Positions 36,709-46,016 of a stretch of DNA of 64,000 nt are shown here, piece by piece (the stretch's first letter is position 1; each line of letters begins with the position of its first letter). The notes beneath the pieces were generated by a model. That model saw only the letters and a list, made by a program, of their open reading frames with translations. It ran no database searches and was not told where the DNA came from. The position numbers and the translations under genes were made by a program. The stretch covers positions 11,564 through 75,563 of the forward strand of contig JAMOVK010000150.1 of NCBI GenBank assembly GCA_027067775.1. The letters are read 5' to 3'. This stretch comes from Deltaproteobacteria bacterium (GTDB lineage: Bacteria > Desulfobacterota > Dissulfuribacteria > Dissulfuribacterales > QOAL01).

Positions 36709-37290
36709 CTATTTGAATATGATAAAATCATCCCTTCTGTTTTTGGCCCAGGCAGCTTCATTATGGCCTGGGTCAAGAGGTTTTTCCTCACCAAGGCTAA
36801 CAATGGTGATCCTTCCAGGATCCACACCCATATTTACAAGGTAGTCCCTGGCAGCCTTTGCCCTTTTTTCTCCAAGGGCCAGGTTGTATTCGTTAGTACC
36901 TCTTTCATCACAGTTGCCCTGGATCTCAACCTTTATGTCCGGATGATCCAGCATAACCTTTGCATTGTGTTCCATGCGGCTTGTCATGTCAGGTCTGATA
37001 GTGTACCTGTCAAAATCGAAATATATTGGCAGAAAAGGGGCACTGGTTCTTGCCTCACTTATTGCAGCCTGGTTTCCTGGTTCCCTGATACCTTCACTGC
37101 CTATGACCCCTTCCTGTATGGTACTGCCTGCTTCGCCCCCTGTTTTTTTCCCTTCAACCTGTTCCATTGGAATGGAAGTACCTGCACCGGTTCCTTCAGC
37201 GGTTGTTGTAGCTTTTTTTGCACAGGCACTTAGAAGCATTACAATACTTATTGTAATCATGGGTAGATAAAAGAAATTTTTTGCCTTCAT
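36709..37290 (-). CDS. pal: Peptidoglycan-associated lipoprotein (OmpA-family C-terminal domain)
   Basis: Lipobox LLSAC. OmpA-like PIYFDFDRYTIRPD...GNCDERGTNEYNLALGEKRAKAARDYL. ATG 37290 is preceded by GGAGGA. Confidence 0.85.
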   Translation of the reverse strand: MKAKNFFYLPMITISIVMLLSACAKKATTTAEGTGAGTSIPMEQVEGKKTGGEAGSTIQEGVIGSEGIREPGNQAAISEARTSAPFLPIYFDFDRYTIRPDMTSRMEHNAKVMLDHPDIKVEIQGNCDERGTNEYNLALGEKRAKAARDYLVNMGVDPGRITIVSLGEEKPLDPGHNEAAWAKNRRDDFIIFK

Positions 37291-37437
37291 TTTTCCTCCA
37301 AATTTTTGATGAAATAGAGTAACCAAATTAATTGCCAATCAAGCAGCAAGTACTATGCCGGCTGTCAGCATGTGTGGAAGGCATTGCAATCTATGCCGGC
37401 AGTTTAGCAAAGGTGATTCAAAATTCAACTTGAAAAA

Positions 37438-39132
37438 TTATCTTGGTGCAATTTTACTCGAACAAGCTCCTGTTATTTTCCATGCCTCTAGCCTTTTATC
37501 TGCCCTTTTATCCCATTTAAAGGAAGGACAGGAAAGGAGCAGGATCATCCGGCAATTCGAAATATAAGGTTGCAGTTTTTGCAAGTCTTTTTTGCGGGTA
37601 ACAAGGATTTTGCTCCCCTTTTTCAGCAGAAATGGTTCGATACGGCTTTTTTTTTCGAGGCTTCCAATTGGTTGCTCCCTGCCAAGATAAAAGGCCACGC
37701 TGGCCATATTTTTTGACAAGGCCAAGGAATCTGTTGGTATATCCTTTATTAGGGGACGAAGTTTCTGCACGAAGGGTTTGAGAGGTCTGTCTTTTTCAAG
37801 CTGGCATTCCCAGTTACAAAAAAATCCTACAAGAAGGATAATAGAAGCTCCTGCCAAAAAAAATGGGCGACAAGATGAAGCAGGTTCATCTTTGATGTTC
37901 TGGACAAAAAAATAGGCTATTAGAAAAAAAAGTGCACCAAGGCTGTAGATAGCAATGGAAGTTGGTAAGTTTGCTGGAGGAGTGTAACCAGTTACTTTGT
38001 TAACTACAGGCCAAACAAAAGGGTTAGCTATGCCAATGACAGAAACAGACAGCAGCAACAAGGCCTGAATGGTAAGAGAATATTCCCAAATTTTTTTACT
38101 AAAAGGTTTTGTTAGAAATGTAGCTATGCCAAGGGCTCCAAAGGGCAATATGGGTAGAATATAGTAACTTCTTTTGGAGCTTGAGATTGAAAAAAGGAAA
38201 AAAATACTTGCAAAGCTTATAAACAGCCATTTGTCTTGTTTGGTCATTTGAGCAAAATTTTTTACCCTGTCTGTAATTGATCCTATCAAAAGGAAAAACC
38301 AGGGTAACATCAAAAAGGGAACGTAATAAAAATATACATAAAGGGGTTCTTTATGGTCAAAGGCCTTAAAAAATCTCACTATATTTTCTCTAAAGGCCAG
38401 GCAGAGGCCTTCTTGTCCATAATGTTGGGACGTTATGTTGGCGTAAGCAAAGGGCAGAATGTATATTGCCGCACCTGTAAGAAAAGCCAAAATGTTTTTG
38501 ATATTAAGATGGTATCGCCACTTGTGACATACGATAAGATGGCAAAGAATTACCACCGCAGGGATCGCGGCAGCAGTCAAGCCTTTGAACTGAGAACCCA
38601 GAGCGCATATTGTATAAAAAAACAGGTAGGTTAGGTAATCCCTTTTGTTATTGAATTTTATGTAGTAACAGATCGCTGCAATAGAAAAGGCCAGGTTTTC
38701 TGCGTCAGCGGCTGCAGTTCTAGACCAGAATATAAATCCAAAGGATGAAAGTAAAATGAAAGAGGCGTAAAAGGCAACGGTTTTATCCCATATTTTTTGG
38801 CCTAGGTAGAAAGTCCCAAAGACAGTGCCAAGGCCGCACAGAGCGCTTGGCAGTCTAACAACAAACTCGTTTAGTTTACCCCAAAAAGAGACAAATAGGG
38901 CAATTATCCAGTAGGTCAATAGCGGTTTGTCAAAGTAGGGTTCACCATTTATGCTGGGATGGAAGAAATCGTTGCTCAAAAACATTTGCCTGACTACTTC
39001 TGCCCAGCGCCCTTCAGAACCCCAAAGAGCCCTGCAGCCCAGATTGTAAAAAAGCAGAAAAAAGGAAGAAAGACACAATGCAACTACCAGAATCGGCTGC
39101 CAAAACCTTTTTTCAAATTGAAATTGTTTCAC
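37438..39132 (-). CDS. ArnT/PMT-like (GT39/GT83-type) polytopic glycosyltransferase
   Basis: 564 aa with more than 10 TM helices. N-terminal WGSEGRWAEVVRQMFLSNDFFHPSINGEPYFDKPLLTYW is typical of the ArnT/PMT family. Confidence 0.72.
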   Translation of the reverse strand: MKQFQFEKRFWQPILVVALCLSSFFLLFYNLGCRALWGSEGRWAEVVRQMFLSNDFFHPSINGEPYFDKPLLTYWIIALFVSFWGKLNEFVVRLPSALCGLGTVFGTFYLGQKIWDKTVAFYASFILLSSFGFIFWSRTAAADAENLAFSIAAICYYIKFNNKRDYLTYLFFYTICALGSQFKGLTAAAIPAVVILCHLIVCHKWRYHLNIKNILAFLTGAAIYILPFAYANITSQHYGQEGLCLAFRENIVRFFKAFDHKEPLYVYFYYVPFLMLPWFFLLIGSITDRVKNFAQMTKQDKWLFISFASIFFLFSISSSKRSYYILPILPFGALGIATFLTKPFSKKIWEYSLTIQALLLLSVSVIGIANPFVWPVVNKVTGYTPPANLPTSIAIYSLGALFFLIAYFFVQNIKDEPASSCRPFFLAGASIILLVGFFCNWECQLEKDRPLKPFVQKLRPLIKDIPTDSLALSKNMASVAFYLGREQPIGSLEKKSRIEPFLLKKGSKILVTRKKDLQKLQPYISNCRMILLLSCPSFKWDKRADKRLEAWKITGACSSKIAPR

Positions 39133-39335
39133 AGTGTAAGGATTGAAATCTTTGGATTTTTGGTAATTTTTAAAGTCTCTATTTCATGCTATAAAACAGA
39201 AGAGAAGGCCCCCAGATGGTTTCAGGATATCAAATTTAGATATCAGAATGTATAAATCCTTTGAAAAAATTTCAAGTTAAGGATGAAGTGTCCCTTGGAA
39301 AAGAGATATATTTGGGAGGCAAATTAATAAGACAG

Positions 39336-39878
39336 CTATTTTTTGAGTCTAAGCCTTTCTGTTTCGCGTCTAATTTGTTCGAGTTTCTTTAATTCAAAAG
39401 ACAGCTGATTCTTTTCCTTTTTGAGTTTTTCCTTTTCAGCAACGCACTTTCTCTTTTGCCTTTTTAGCATCCTGAGAGCCTGCCTGCATTTTTTGTATCT
39501 TTCTTTTTCTTTCATGTATGCCTGCAAGATCTTTTGGTTGTAAAAATAGCGGGACTTGCAGCTTTGTTCCTCAAGTATTCCTCTGTATTCTTTTTTGTCA
39601 CCATCCAGAAACAGAAGATAAAATGCAGCCTGACACCTGTGCCCATCAGCCTTCAGGGCGTTTTTTAAAACTGTTATGGCAGCATCTGTCCTCTTTTCTC
39701 CGAGAAGAAACTCTGCCTCCCTTATGGGAGAAATAGAAACCGTTTTTTTTGTTGATTCGAGATTGTTCATGCAACAGCCGCTTAGAAGTACTCCACTTAA
39801 AGCGGCAACAATATGAAAACAGCTGTACCTCTTCCTTCTACTATTGCCAACTCCTTTGGTGGTGGACTCTCTATCCAA
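39336..39878 (-). CDS. Putative lipoprotein with Lys/Arg/Glu-rich coiled-coil tail
   Basis: 180 aa. Lipobox-like LLSGC and a C-terminal KRQKRKCVAEKEKLKKEKNQLSFELKKLEQIRRETERLRLKK. The start overlaps the upstream kinase gene by 82 nt, so the start is uncertain. Confidence 0.4.
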   Translation of the reverse strand: MDRESTTKGVGNSRRKRYSCFHIVAALSGVLLSGCCMNNLESTKKTVSISPIREAEFLLGEKRTDAAITVLKNALKADGHRCQAAFYLLFLDGDKKEYRGILEEQSCKSRYFYNQKILQAYMKEKERYKKCRQALRMLKRQKRKCVAEKEKLKKEKNQLSFELKKLEQIRRETERLRLKK

Positions 39879-41320
39879 ATCTTACCTCCATGGGCTGAAA
39901 TTATTTGTCTGGCAATGGTAAGCCCAAGGCCACTGCCGCTTTGTCTTGGTACAGTTTTAGCCTGATAAAATTTTTCAAATACCCTGGACTGTTCATGTGA
40001 TTCAAGCCCTGGTCCCTGATCTATTACTGCAATTTGGACATAAGTCCGTTTCTTGCTTGTTGTTTTTCTTACATCAATCTTTATTGTACTGTCTTGCGGA
40101 CTAAAAGTTATAGCGTTGTCAAGCAGATTTAGTAAGACTCGCTCCATCCTTTTTCTGTCAATATTAATACTAATCTTCTTATCGGTATTTTTTACCATTA
40201 ACTTTAAATTTTTGGCAGCAAGTAGAGTGGCAACATTTTCGTGGACCGTATCTATAAATTCTTGTACAAGAACGTCCTTTCTGTTGAGATTCAAAAGCCC
40301 GGCCTGCATCTTTGAAAGATCCAAAAGCTCCTCTATCAGGGCCTTAAATCTTTCCATGCTTGTGTTTAGGACCTCCACAAGCTTTGATTGTCTTTGGTTA
40401 AGCTTTCCAATGTCCGGTTCTTTAAGGAGCCTTGTGGCCTCTAGCATGGCAGCCAGCGGGGTTTTAAGTTCGTGACTCGCCACAGCGATAAAATCAGATT
40501 TTAGAGTGTCCAATTCCTTTAAGCTCTTAGCCATGTTGTTAAAAGAACTAGCCAGGTCCCCAAGTTCGTCCTTGGTAATGACAGGAATCTTATGATCAAA
40601 ATCACCGCTTCCAATGGCTTCTGTACCCTTTTGCAGATATCTAATAGGTTTTTTGATATAAATGTAAAGGGCCCATGGGACAAAAAGCGCTACTACAAAT
40701 GCGATTAACATCAGGATAATGGTTCCGTCTTTTACCTGGCTGATGACGCGGGATGTCTCAAGTGACTTGTTCTTAAGACTCGCCTTTTGTATAAACTCGG
40801 CCTTTTTCAAGAGTTCCATGAGATGGTAAGCAAGACCTTTAATTTCCTGCTCCCTTGCTTCATCAGACAGGTCTGGCCCCCTGTTGCCAGGTTTGTCTAT
40901 TTCAACGGTATCTTCGTAGGCTTCCACGATTGCCTTTAGCGTTAGCAATGTTTCGTTGAATTCGGTAAGATTTTTTTTCAGAAGTCTCGAATCTCCTGCT
41001 ACTTGAGGAGACAGTTTCATCTGTAAATTAGATATGATTTGTTTGACCTGTTTTAATGAATCCTTTTTGTGCAGTATAACAAGACGCCTCGCCTCGGCTT
41101 CGAGCGATGGTACCAGATTTTTAGCATATTCTACAGAAGAAGAAATTTCGAGGTTTCTCTTGAAATATGTAGAAATGGTGTCTTCAATTTTGTAAATGGA
41201 ATAGAGTGAAAAAACGCAGGGAACAATTAAGATGAAAAGAAGGAACAGATATCCAGCAAGTAATTTTTGGTATAGGCTGAATGGGGCAAAAATTTTCATG
41301 TCATTTGGTTTTAGACACAA
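39797..41320 (-). CDS. Sensor histidine kinase (2 TM, HAMP, HisKA, HATPase)
   Basis: 507 aa. HAMP (DELGDLASSFNNMAKSL), H-box ASHELKTPLAAM, G-box GSGLGLTIARQI. Confidence 0.88.
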   Translation of the reverse strand: MCLKPNDMKIFAPFSLYQKLLAGYLFLLFILIVPCVFSLYSIYKIEDTISTYFKRNLEISSSVEYAKNLVPSLEAEARRLVILHKKDSLKQVKQIISNLQMKLSPQVAGDSRLLKKNLTEFNETLLTLKAIVEAYEDTVEIDKPGNRGPDLSDEAREQEIKGLAYHLMELLKKAEFIQKASLKNKSLETSRVISQVKDGTIILMLIAFVVALFVPWALYIYIKKPIRYLQKGTEAIGSGDFDHKIPVITKDELGDLASSFNNMAKSLKELDTLKSDFIAVASHELKTPLAAMLEATRLLKEPDIGKLNQRQSKLVEVLNTSMERFKALIEELLDLSKMQAGLLNLNRKDVLVQEFIDTVHENVATLLAAKNLKLMVKNTDKKISINIDRKRMERVLLNLLDNAITFSPQDSTIKIDVRKTTSKKRTYVQIAVIDQGPGLESHEQSRVFEKFYQAKTVPRQSGSGLGLTIARQIISAHGGKIWIESPPPKELAIVEGRGTAVFILLPL

Positions 41321-41358
41321 TCATAATTGGATTTAGGAATTAACATAAGGCTGCACAT

Positions 41359-42804
41359 ATGACAAAGGAAAACCATAATAAAAAAGTAATAAGCAAGACA
41401 AAGGCCAGAATACTCTTGGTCGATGACGAAGAAAATATACTTGAGGTAATGAAGATCAGGTTGGAGCTTCTTGGATTCGAAGTAATCGCCACTTCAGATC
41501 CGCAGGAAGCCCTGGACATATTTGCTGAAAATCCGGATATTGAGATTTTGTTGACTGATCAGCGAATGGAAAAACTGACGGGCCAAGAGCTCATGTCCAA
41601 GTGTTTGGAGATCAATCCATACCTTCAGACCATAATATTTACCGCCTATGGCACTATTGAGCAGGCAGTTGAAGCGATGAAGGCCGGGGCCTTTTCATAT
41701 GTGACCAAGCCTGTAGATCACACTGAACTAGAAATAAAGCTCGATCAGGCCCTAGAAAAAAGGTCTCTTCTGAAGAAGGTGCATGATTTTGAAGGCCTTA
41801 TTGATGGCAAGAGTGAATTTTCAGGCATTATAGGAAAGAGTTCTAAAATGAGATCCGTTTTTAAGCAGATTTTGCAGGTCGCTCCAACTGACATAACTGT
41901 GAGTATCTTTGGGGAATCTGGTACTGGCAAGGAGCTTGTTGCAAAGGCCATACATCTTCATAGTAACCGGGCAAAGGGGCCTTTCATTGCGGTGAATTGC
42001 GCTGCTATTCCCGAATCCCTTTTGGAGGATGAACTGTTCGGTCATGTCAGAGGGGCTTTTACCTCGGCAGTGGGTTCGAAAAATGGCGTTTTTGCCTCTG
42101 CAGACACAGGGACACTGTTTCTCGACGAGGTCGGCGAAATGGCCGAGTCTATGCAGGCAAAGTTGTTGAGGGTTCTCGAAACAGGCGAGGTAAAGCCCCT
42201 TGGAAGTGACAGGGTGAGAAAGGTCGATGTGAGGCTTATTGTTGCTACCAAGCAAGATCTAAAAAAGATGGTGGCAGAAGGAAAATTTAGGGAAGATCTG
42301 TTTTACAGGATACATGTAGTTCCTATTCACATGCCACCTTTGAGAGAAAGGAAAAGGGATATTCCCCTTTTGTTGGGTCATTTTCTGAAAAAGGCCATGA
42401 AAAAGACCAAGAAGCAGATAAGTTGGATTGATGAAGACATCCTGGAGGCTTTTAAGCTCTATGACTGGCCTGGTAACGTTAGGGAACTCGAGAATATGGT
42501 GGATTTTCTTGTTGCCATTTCACAGGAGGATGTGCTGAGTGCCTCTCTCCTGTCTTCCACTCCACTTGCAGAATTTTCTTCAAAAGCACCGGTAAAACCC
42601 TTGAAAGATGCCAGATTTGAATTCACCAAAAAGTATCTTGAAGACCTTTTGAAGATAACCAAAGGTAACATAAGTCTTGCTGCCAGGTATGCCGGTTATT
42701 ACCGAGCTGATTTTTACAAGCTGCTTGAAAGGCATGGTCTTGATGCAGCCTCTTTTCGTAAAAAGGCAAGAAAGATTAGTCCGGCAGAGTTATCTTCTTT
42801 GTAA
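41359..42804 (+). CDS. Sigma-54-dependent (NtrC-family) response regulator
   Basis: 481 aa. Receiver (ILLVDDEEN...LLTDQRM), AAA+ GESGTGKELVAKAIH, GAFTSA (a GAFTGA variant), C-terminal Fis-type HTH (GNISLAARYAGYYRADFYKLLERHG). Confidence 0.9.
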   Translation: MTKENHNKKVISKTKARILLVDDEENILEVMKIRLELLGFEVIATSDPQEALDIFAENPDIEILLTDQRMEKLTGQELMSKCLEINPYLQTIIFTAYGTIEQAVEAMKAGAFSYVTKPVDHTELEIKLDQALEKRSLLKKVHDFEGLIDGKSEFSGIIGKSSKMRSVFKQILQVAPTDITVSIFGESGTGKELVAKAIHLHSNRAKGPFIAVNCAAIPESLLEDELFGHVRGAFTSAVGSKNGVFASADTGTLFLDEVGEMAESMQAKLLRVLETGEVKPLGSDRVRKVDVRLIVATKQDLKKMVAEGKFREDLFYRIHVVPIHMPPLRERKRDIPLLLGHFLKKAMKKTKKQISWIDEDILEAFKLYDWPGNVRELENMVDFLVAISQEDVLSASLLSSTPLAEFSSKAPVKPLKDARFEFTKKYLEDLLKITKGNISLAARYAGYYRADFYKLLERHGLDAASFRKKARKISPAELSSL

Positions 42805-43447
42805 TGTCACTGTTCCAGGCCATTTTGTCATTAAATCTGGCCTGCCAAAGATCTTGGTGATTGAATACCGTTTCATCTTTATCCAAGGAGGCATATCTTT
42901 AATTTTGCCCTCTTGGATAAGGAGTTTAGCATCCTTTTCAATCAGATATGTTTTGCTATGGCATCTTTCAAGCTTCTGATTTCTCCTGTCGAGACCATTT
43001 GAGATACAAGATGAAGTATAATTATGTTGAATAATGAGAAAAAACTTTACTCCGCTTTCATTTTGATATCTCCTTTTCGATAAATGGTTGATAAGTAAAA
43101 ATTTGATCGAACATTTTGTTAAGACCAATACGCTATTCTAAACACAGTAGGGCCTATAAAATATATATTGGGTTCTGGAAGAATTCGGCATGGATGGAAA
43201 GAAAAATTTCAAACCTGTAACAAGTGGTTATTGAGTTATTGCCAAAATATAAAAAGATTGATAGTTTGGAATAAGTTTTTCTTCATCAGAGTATATGTGA
43301 TTTTAGTGAAAGCGGATTTTCAGAGGATTTTTTGTGAAATTCACGATCAGGTCTATTAATGTTGCTGACAGTGAAAGGAGGAAAGATTCAATCAAAATGC
43401 GCATGCAGCTGGTAAAATCTGTCGGCTGCCTATATAAAGGTTCATAC

Positions 43448-43496
43448 AGGCCGTTCAAGTCGGGGTAGAAACGATTTGAGCGGCCTTTTAAATTTT
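43448..43496 (+). terminator. Terminator-like hairpin in the ppsA leader (attenuator or 3' end of an upstream small transcript)
   Basis: A 15-bp stem (43448-43462 / 43472-43486, two G-U pairs) and a 9-nt loop, followed by TTTAAATTTT. It ends 15 nt before the ppsA SD GGAGG (43511-43515). Confidence 0.4.
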
Positions 43497-43524
43497 AATA
43501 CCTAAATTAAGGAGGTTGTCGGTG

Positions 43525-45960
43525 ATGAGTGATAAACCATTTATTTTGTGGTTTAAGGAGATTGGAATCAAAGATGTGCCTCTTGTGGGAGGGAAAAACG
43601 CATCTCTTGGAGAGATGTATCAACACCTTTCCAGCAAGGGCATAAAGGTCCCGAACGGTTTTGCAATTACTGCAGAAGCGTATAAGCACCTTCTCAAAGA
43701 GGCCGGTATCGAGGCGGCCATCAGAGAGATTCTGGCAGATCTTGATACCAGCGACATTAACAATCTAAGAGAGAAGGGAAGGAAGGTCAGGGAAATCATT
43801 CTTAATGCCAAGTTTCCAGAGGACCTGGAAGAGGAAATCAAAAAGGCCTATGCTAAGATGGAGGAGGAGTACTACCCAAATGTGGATGTGGCTGTACGTT
43901 CTTCTGCCACAGCTGAGGACCTGCCGGATGCGTCATTTGCAGGTCAGCAGGAGACCTTTTTGAACATCACCGGCACAGAAGCCCTAATCGAGGCCTGCCA
44001 CAAGTGTTTTGCAAGCCTTTTTACAGACAGGGCCATTTCATATAGGCATGACAAGGGATTTGGACATTTTGATGTCTACCTGTCTATAGCGGTTCAAAAG
44101 ATGGTAAGAAGTGATAGCGCAAGCGCTGGCGTCATGTTTACAATCGATACCGAAAGTGGTTTTGAAGATGTGGTCTACATTACTGGTGCATGGGGACTTG
44201 GCGAAAATGTTGTTCAGGGTGCTGTCAATCCTGATGAGTTTTACGTATTCAAGCCAACACTAAAGAAGGGTTTCAGGCCTATAGTTAGCAAACGCCTTGG
44301 TCTTAAACAGTTCAAGATGGTCTATTCTGACGATCCAAAGGAGCCAGTGAAGAATGTAGAGACCACCCCGGAGGAGCGTAATACCTTTGTCCTTTCCGAC
44401 GACGAGATTCTCAAGCTTGCCAAATGGGCCTGTATTATTGAAGAACACTATGGCAAGGCCATGGACATAGAATGGGCCAAGGATGGAGATGGAGAAAAGG
44501 TTGGAACCGGTGAGCTTTTTATAGTGCAGGCAAGGCCAGAGACGGTTCATTCCCAAAAGGCCACAAACTACATGGAGACTTACAAGCTCTTGGAAAAGGG
44601 CGAGGTCTTGGCAACTGGTAAGGCAGTTGGCGAGAAGATTGGTCAGGGCAAGGCCCATGTCATAAAGGATGTAAGCCAGATAACTAGTTTCAACGAAGGA
44701 GAGGTTCTGGTGACGGATATGACGGATCCTGATTGGGAACCCATCATGAAAGTTGCCTCTGCCATCGTTACCAACAGGGGTGGTAGGACCTGTCATGCAG
44801 CCATTATCTCCAGGGAGCTTGGAATTCCATGTGTGGTAGGAACAGAGGATGGGACTGAGCGTATTCCAACCGGTGAAGATGTTACAGTATCCTGTGCAGA
44901 GGGAGAAGAGGGCAAGGTTTACAAGGGGCTTCTGAAGTATGAGGTTGAAAGGATAGATTTTGCCAATGTCCCAAAGACGAAGACCAAGATCATGATGAAC
45001 GTTGGTATTCCAGAACAGGCATTTTCCCAGAGCAGGATTCCAAATGACGGAGTGGGGCTTGCAAGAATAGAGTTTGTTATCAACTCCCATATCGGTATTC
45101 ATCCTCTGGCCCTTATCAACTATGAAGAGCTCAAGAAAAAGGCAGATTCGGATGACGATATCCGCAAGATAGTGGAGGAGATAGACAAAAGAACCGCTGC
45201 CTATAAAGACAAGTCCCAGTTTTTTGTAGACACTTTGGCACAGGGCATAGCTACTATTGCAGCCGCTTTCTATCCAAAGGATGTGATAGTGCGCATGTCA
45301 GATTTTAAAAGCAATGAGTATGCTAATCTTATTGGCGGCCAGCTTTATGAGCCTGTTGAACACAATCCCATGATCGGCTGGCGTGGCGCTTCCCGTTACT
45401 ATTCTCCAGCCTTTGAACCGGCCTTTGCCCTTGAGTGTCAGGCCTTTAAAAAGGCAAGAGATGAGATGGGGCTTACCAATGTAAAGAGCATGATACCCTT
45501 CTGCCGCACAGTAGAGGAAGGCAAGAAGGTTATAGGCGTAATGGGAAAATATGGCCTTAAGCAGGGAGATAACGATCTTGAGATATACGTAATGTGTGAG
45601 ATTCCAAGTAATGTGGTTCTTGCAGATCAGTTTTCAGAGGTCTTTGATGGCTTTTCCATAGGCTCAAATGACCTGACCCAGCTAACCCTGGGTCTAGACA
45701 GGGATTCAGAGCTTGTGGCCCACATCTATGATGAAAGAAACGAGGCTGTGAAACGTCTCATTCGCCAGGTAATCAACACTGCCAAGGAAAAAAAGAGGAA
45801 GATTGGTATCTGTGGACAGGCACCAAGTGACTTTCCGGATTTTGCCGCCTTTCTTGTTGAATGTGGAATAGACTCCATGAGTCTCACTCCAGATACTGCA
45901 GTTAAAACCAGGCTTTTAGTGGCAGAAAAGGAAAAGGAGCTTGGAATAGCTGTTGATTAA
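43525..45960 (+). CDS. ppsA: Phosphoenolpyruvate synthase
   Basis: About 811 aa. PFILWFKEIGIKDVPLVGGKNASLGEMY, phosphohistidine region TNRGGRTCHAAIISRELGIPCVVG, C-terminal PEP-utilising domain. I prefer ATG 43525, 9 nt after GGAGG, while the track starts at TTG 43516. Confidence 0.95.
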   Translation: MSDKPFILWFKEIGIKDVPLVGGKNASLGEMYQHLSSKGIKVPNGFAITAEAYKHLLKEAGIEAAIREILADLDTSDINNLREKGRKVREIILNAKFPEDLEEEIKKAYAKMEEEYYPNVDVAVRSSATAEDLPDASFAGQQETFLNITGTEALIEACHKCFASLFTDRAISYRHDKGFGHFDVYLSIAVQKMVRSDSASAGVMFTIDTESGFEDVVYITGAWGLGENVVQGAVNPDEFYVFKPTLKKGFRPIVSKRLGLKQFKMVYSDDPKEPVKNVETTPEERNTFVLSDDEILKLAKWACIIEEHYGKAMDIEWAKDGDGEKVGTGELFIVQARPETVHSQKATNYMETYKLLEKGEVLATGKAVGEKIGQGKAHVIKDVSQITSFNEGEVLVTDMTDPDWEPIMKVASAIVTNRGGRTCHAAIISRELGIPCVVGTEDGTERIPTGEDVTVSCAEGEEGKVYKGLLKYEVERIDFANVPKTKTKIMMNVGIPEQAFSQSRIPNDGVGLARIEFVINSHIGIHPLALINYEELKKKADSDDDIRKIVEEIDKRTAAYKDKSQFFVDTLAQGIATIAAAFYPKDVIVRMSDFKSNEYANLIGGQLYEPVEHNPMIGWRGASRYYSPAFEPAFALECQAFKKARDEMGLTNVKSMIPFCRTVEEGKKVIGVMGKYGLKQGDNDLEIYVMCEIPSNVVLADQFSEVFDGFSIGSNDLTQLTLGLDRDSELVAHIYDERNEAVKRLIRQVINTAKEKKRKIGICGQAPSDFPDFAAFLVECGIDSMSLTPDTAVKTRLLVAEKEKELGIAVD

Positions 45961-45986
45961 GGTTGATTGCAAAAGATTAAAATAAA

Positions 45987-46016
45987 AAGAGGCGGCAGGT
46001 CAGCCGCCTCTTTTTT
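45987..46016. terminator. Bidirectional intrinsic terminator
   Basis: GAGGCGGC-aggtca-GCCGCCTC flanked by an A-run upstream and TTTTTT downstream. Sits between the convergent ppsA and the bd-like operon. Confidence 0.65.

Noticed and set aside
42958-42973. Sigma-54-like promoter TGGCATCTTTCAAGCT
   Set aside because: The GG-N10-GC spacing is right, but the -12 element is AAGC rather than TTGC. It sits about 550 nt upstream of ppsA with a terminator-like hairpin in between, so the support is insufficient to call it.
42790-43128. 112-aa minus-strand ORF downstream of the NtrC regulator
   Set aside because: It has no SD, odd composition and no motif I can recognise, and it overlaps the regulator's stop. 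I kept it only as part of a low-interest note on the AT-rich gap and did not call it as a gene.
43168-43359. 63-aa plus-strand ORF in the AT-rich region before ppsA
   Set aside because: TTG start, no SD, low-complexity hydrophobic/basic translation typical of random AT-rich sequence.
44260-45102. 280-aa minus-strand ORF inside ppsA. Similar long antisense ORFs lie inside lon (5032..5598), pepP (55965..56561) and the EAL gene (22091..22582).
   Set aside because: Each lies opposite a gene with strong family motifs. None has an SD or a recognisable domain. These are shadow ORFs typical of mid-GC coding DNA.
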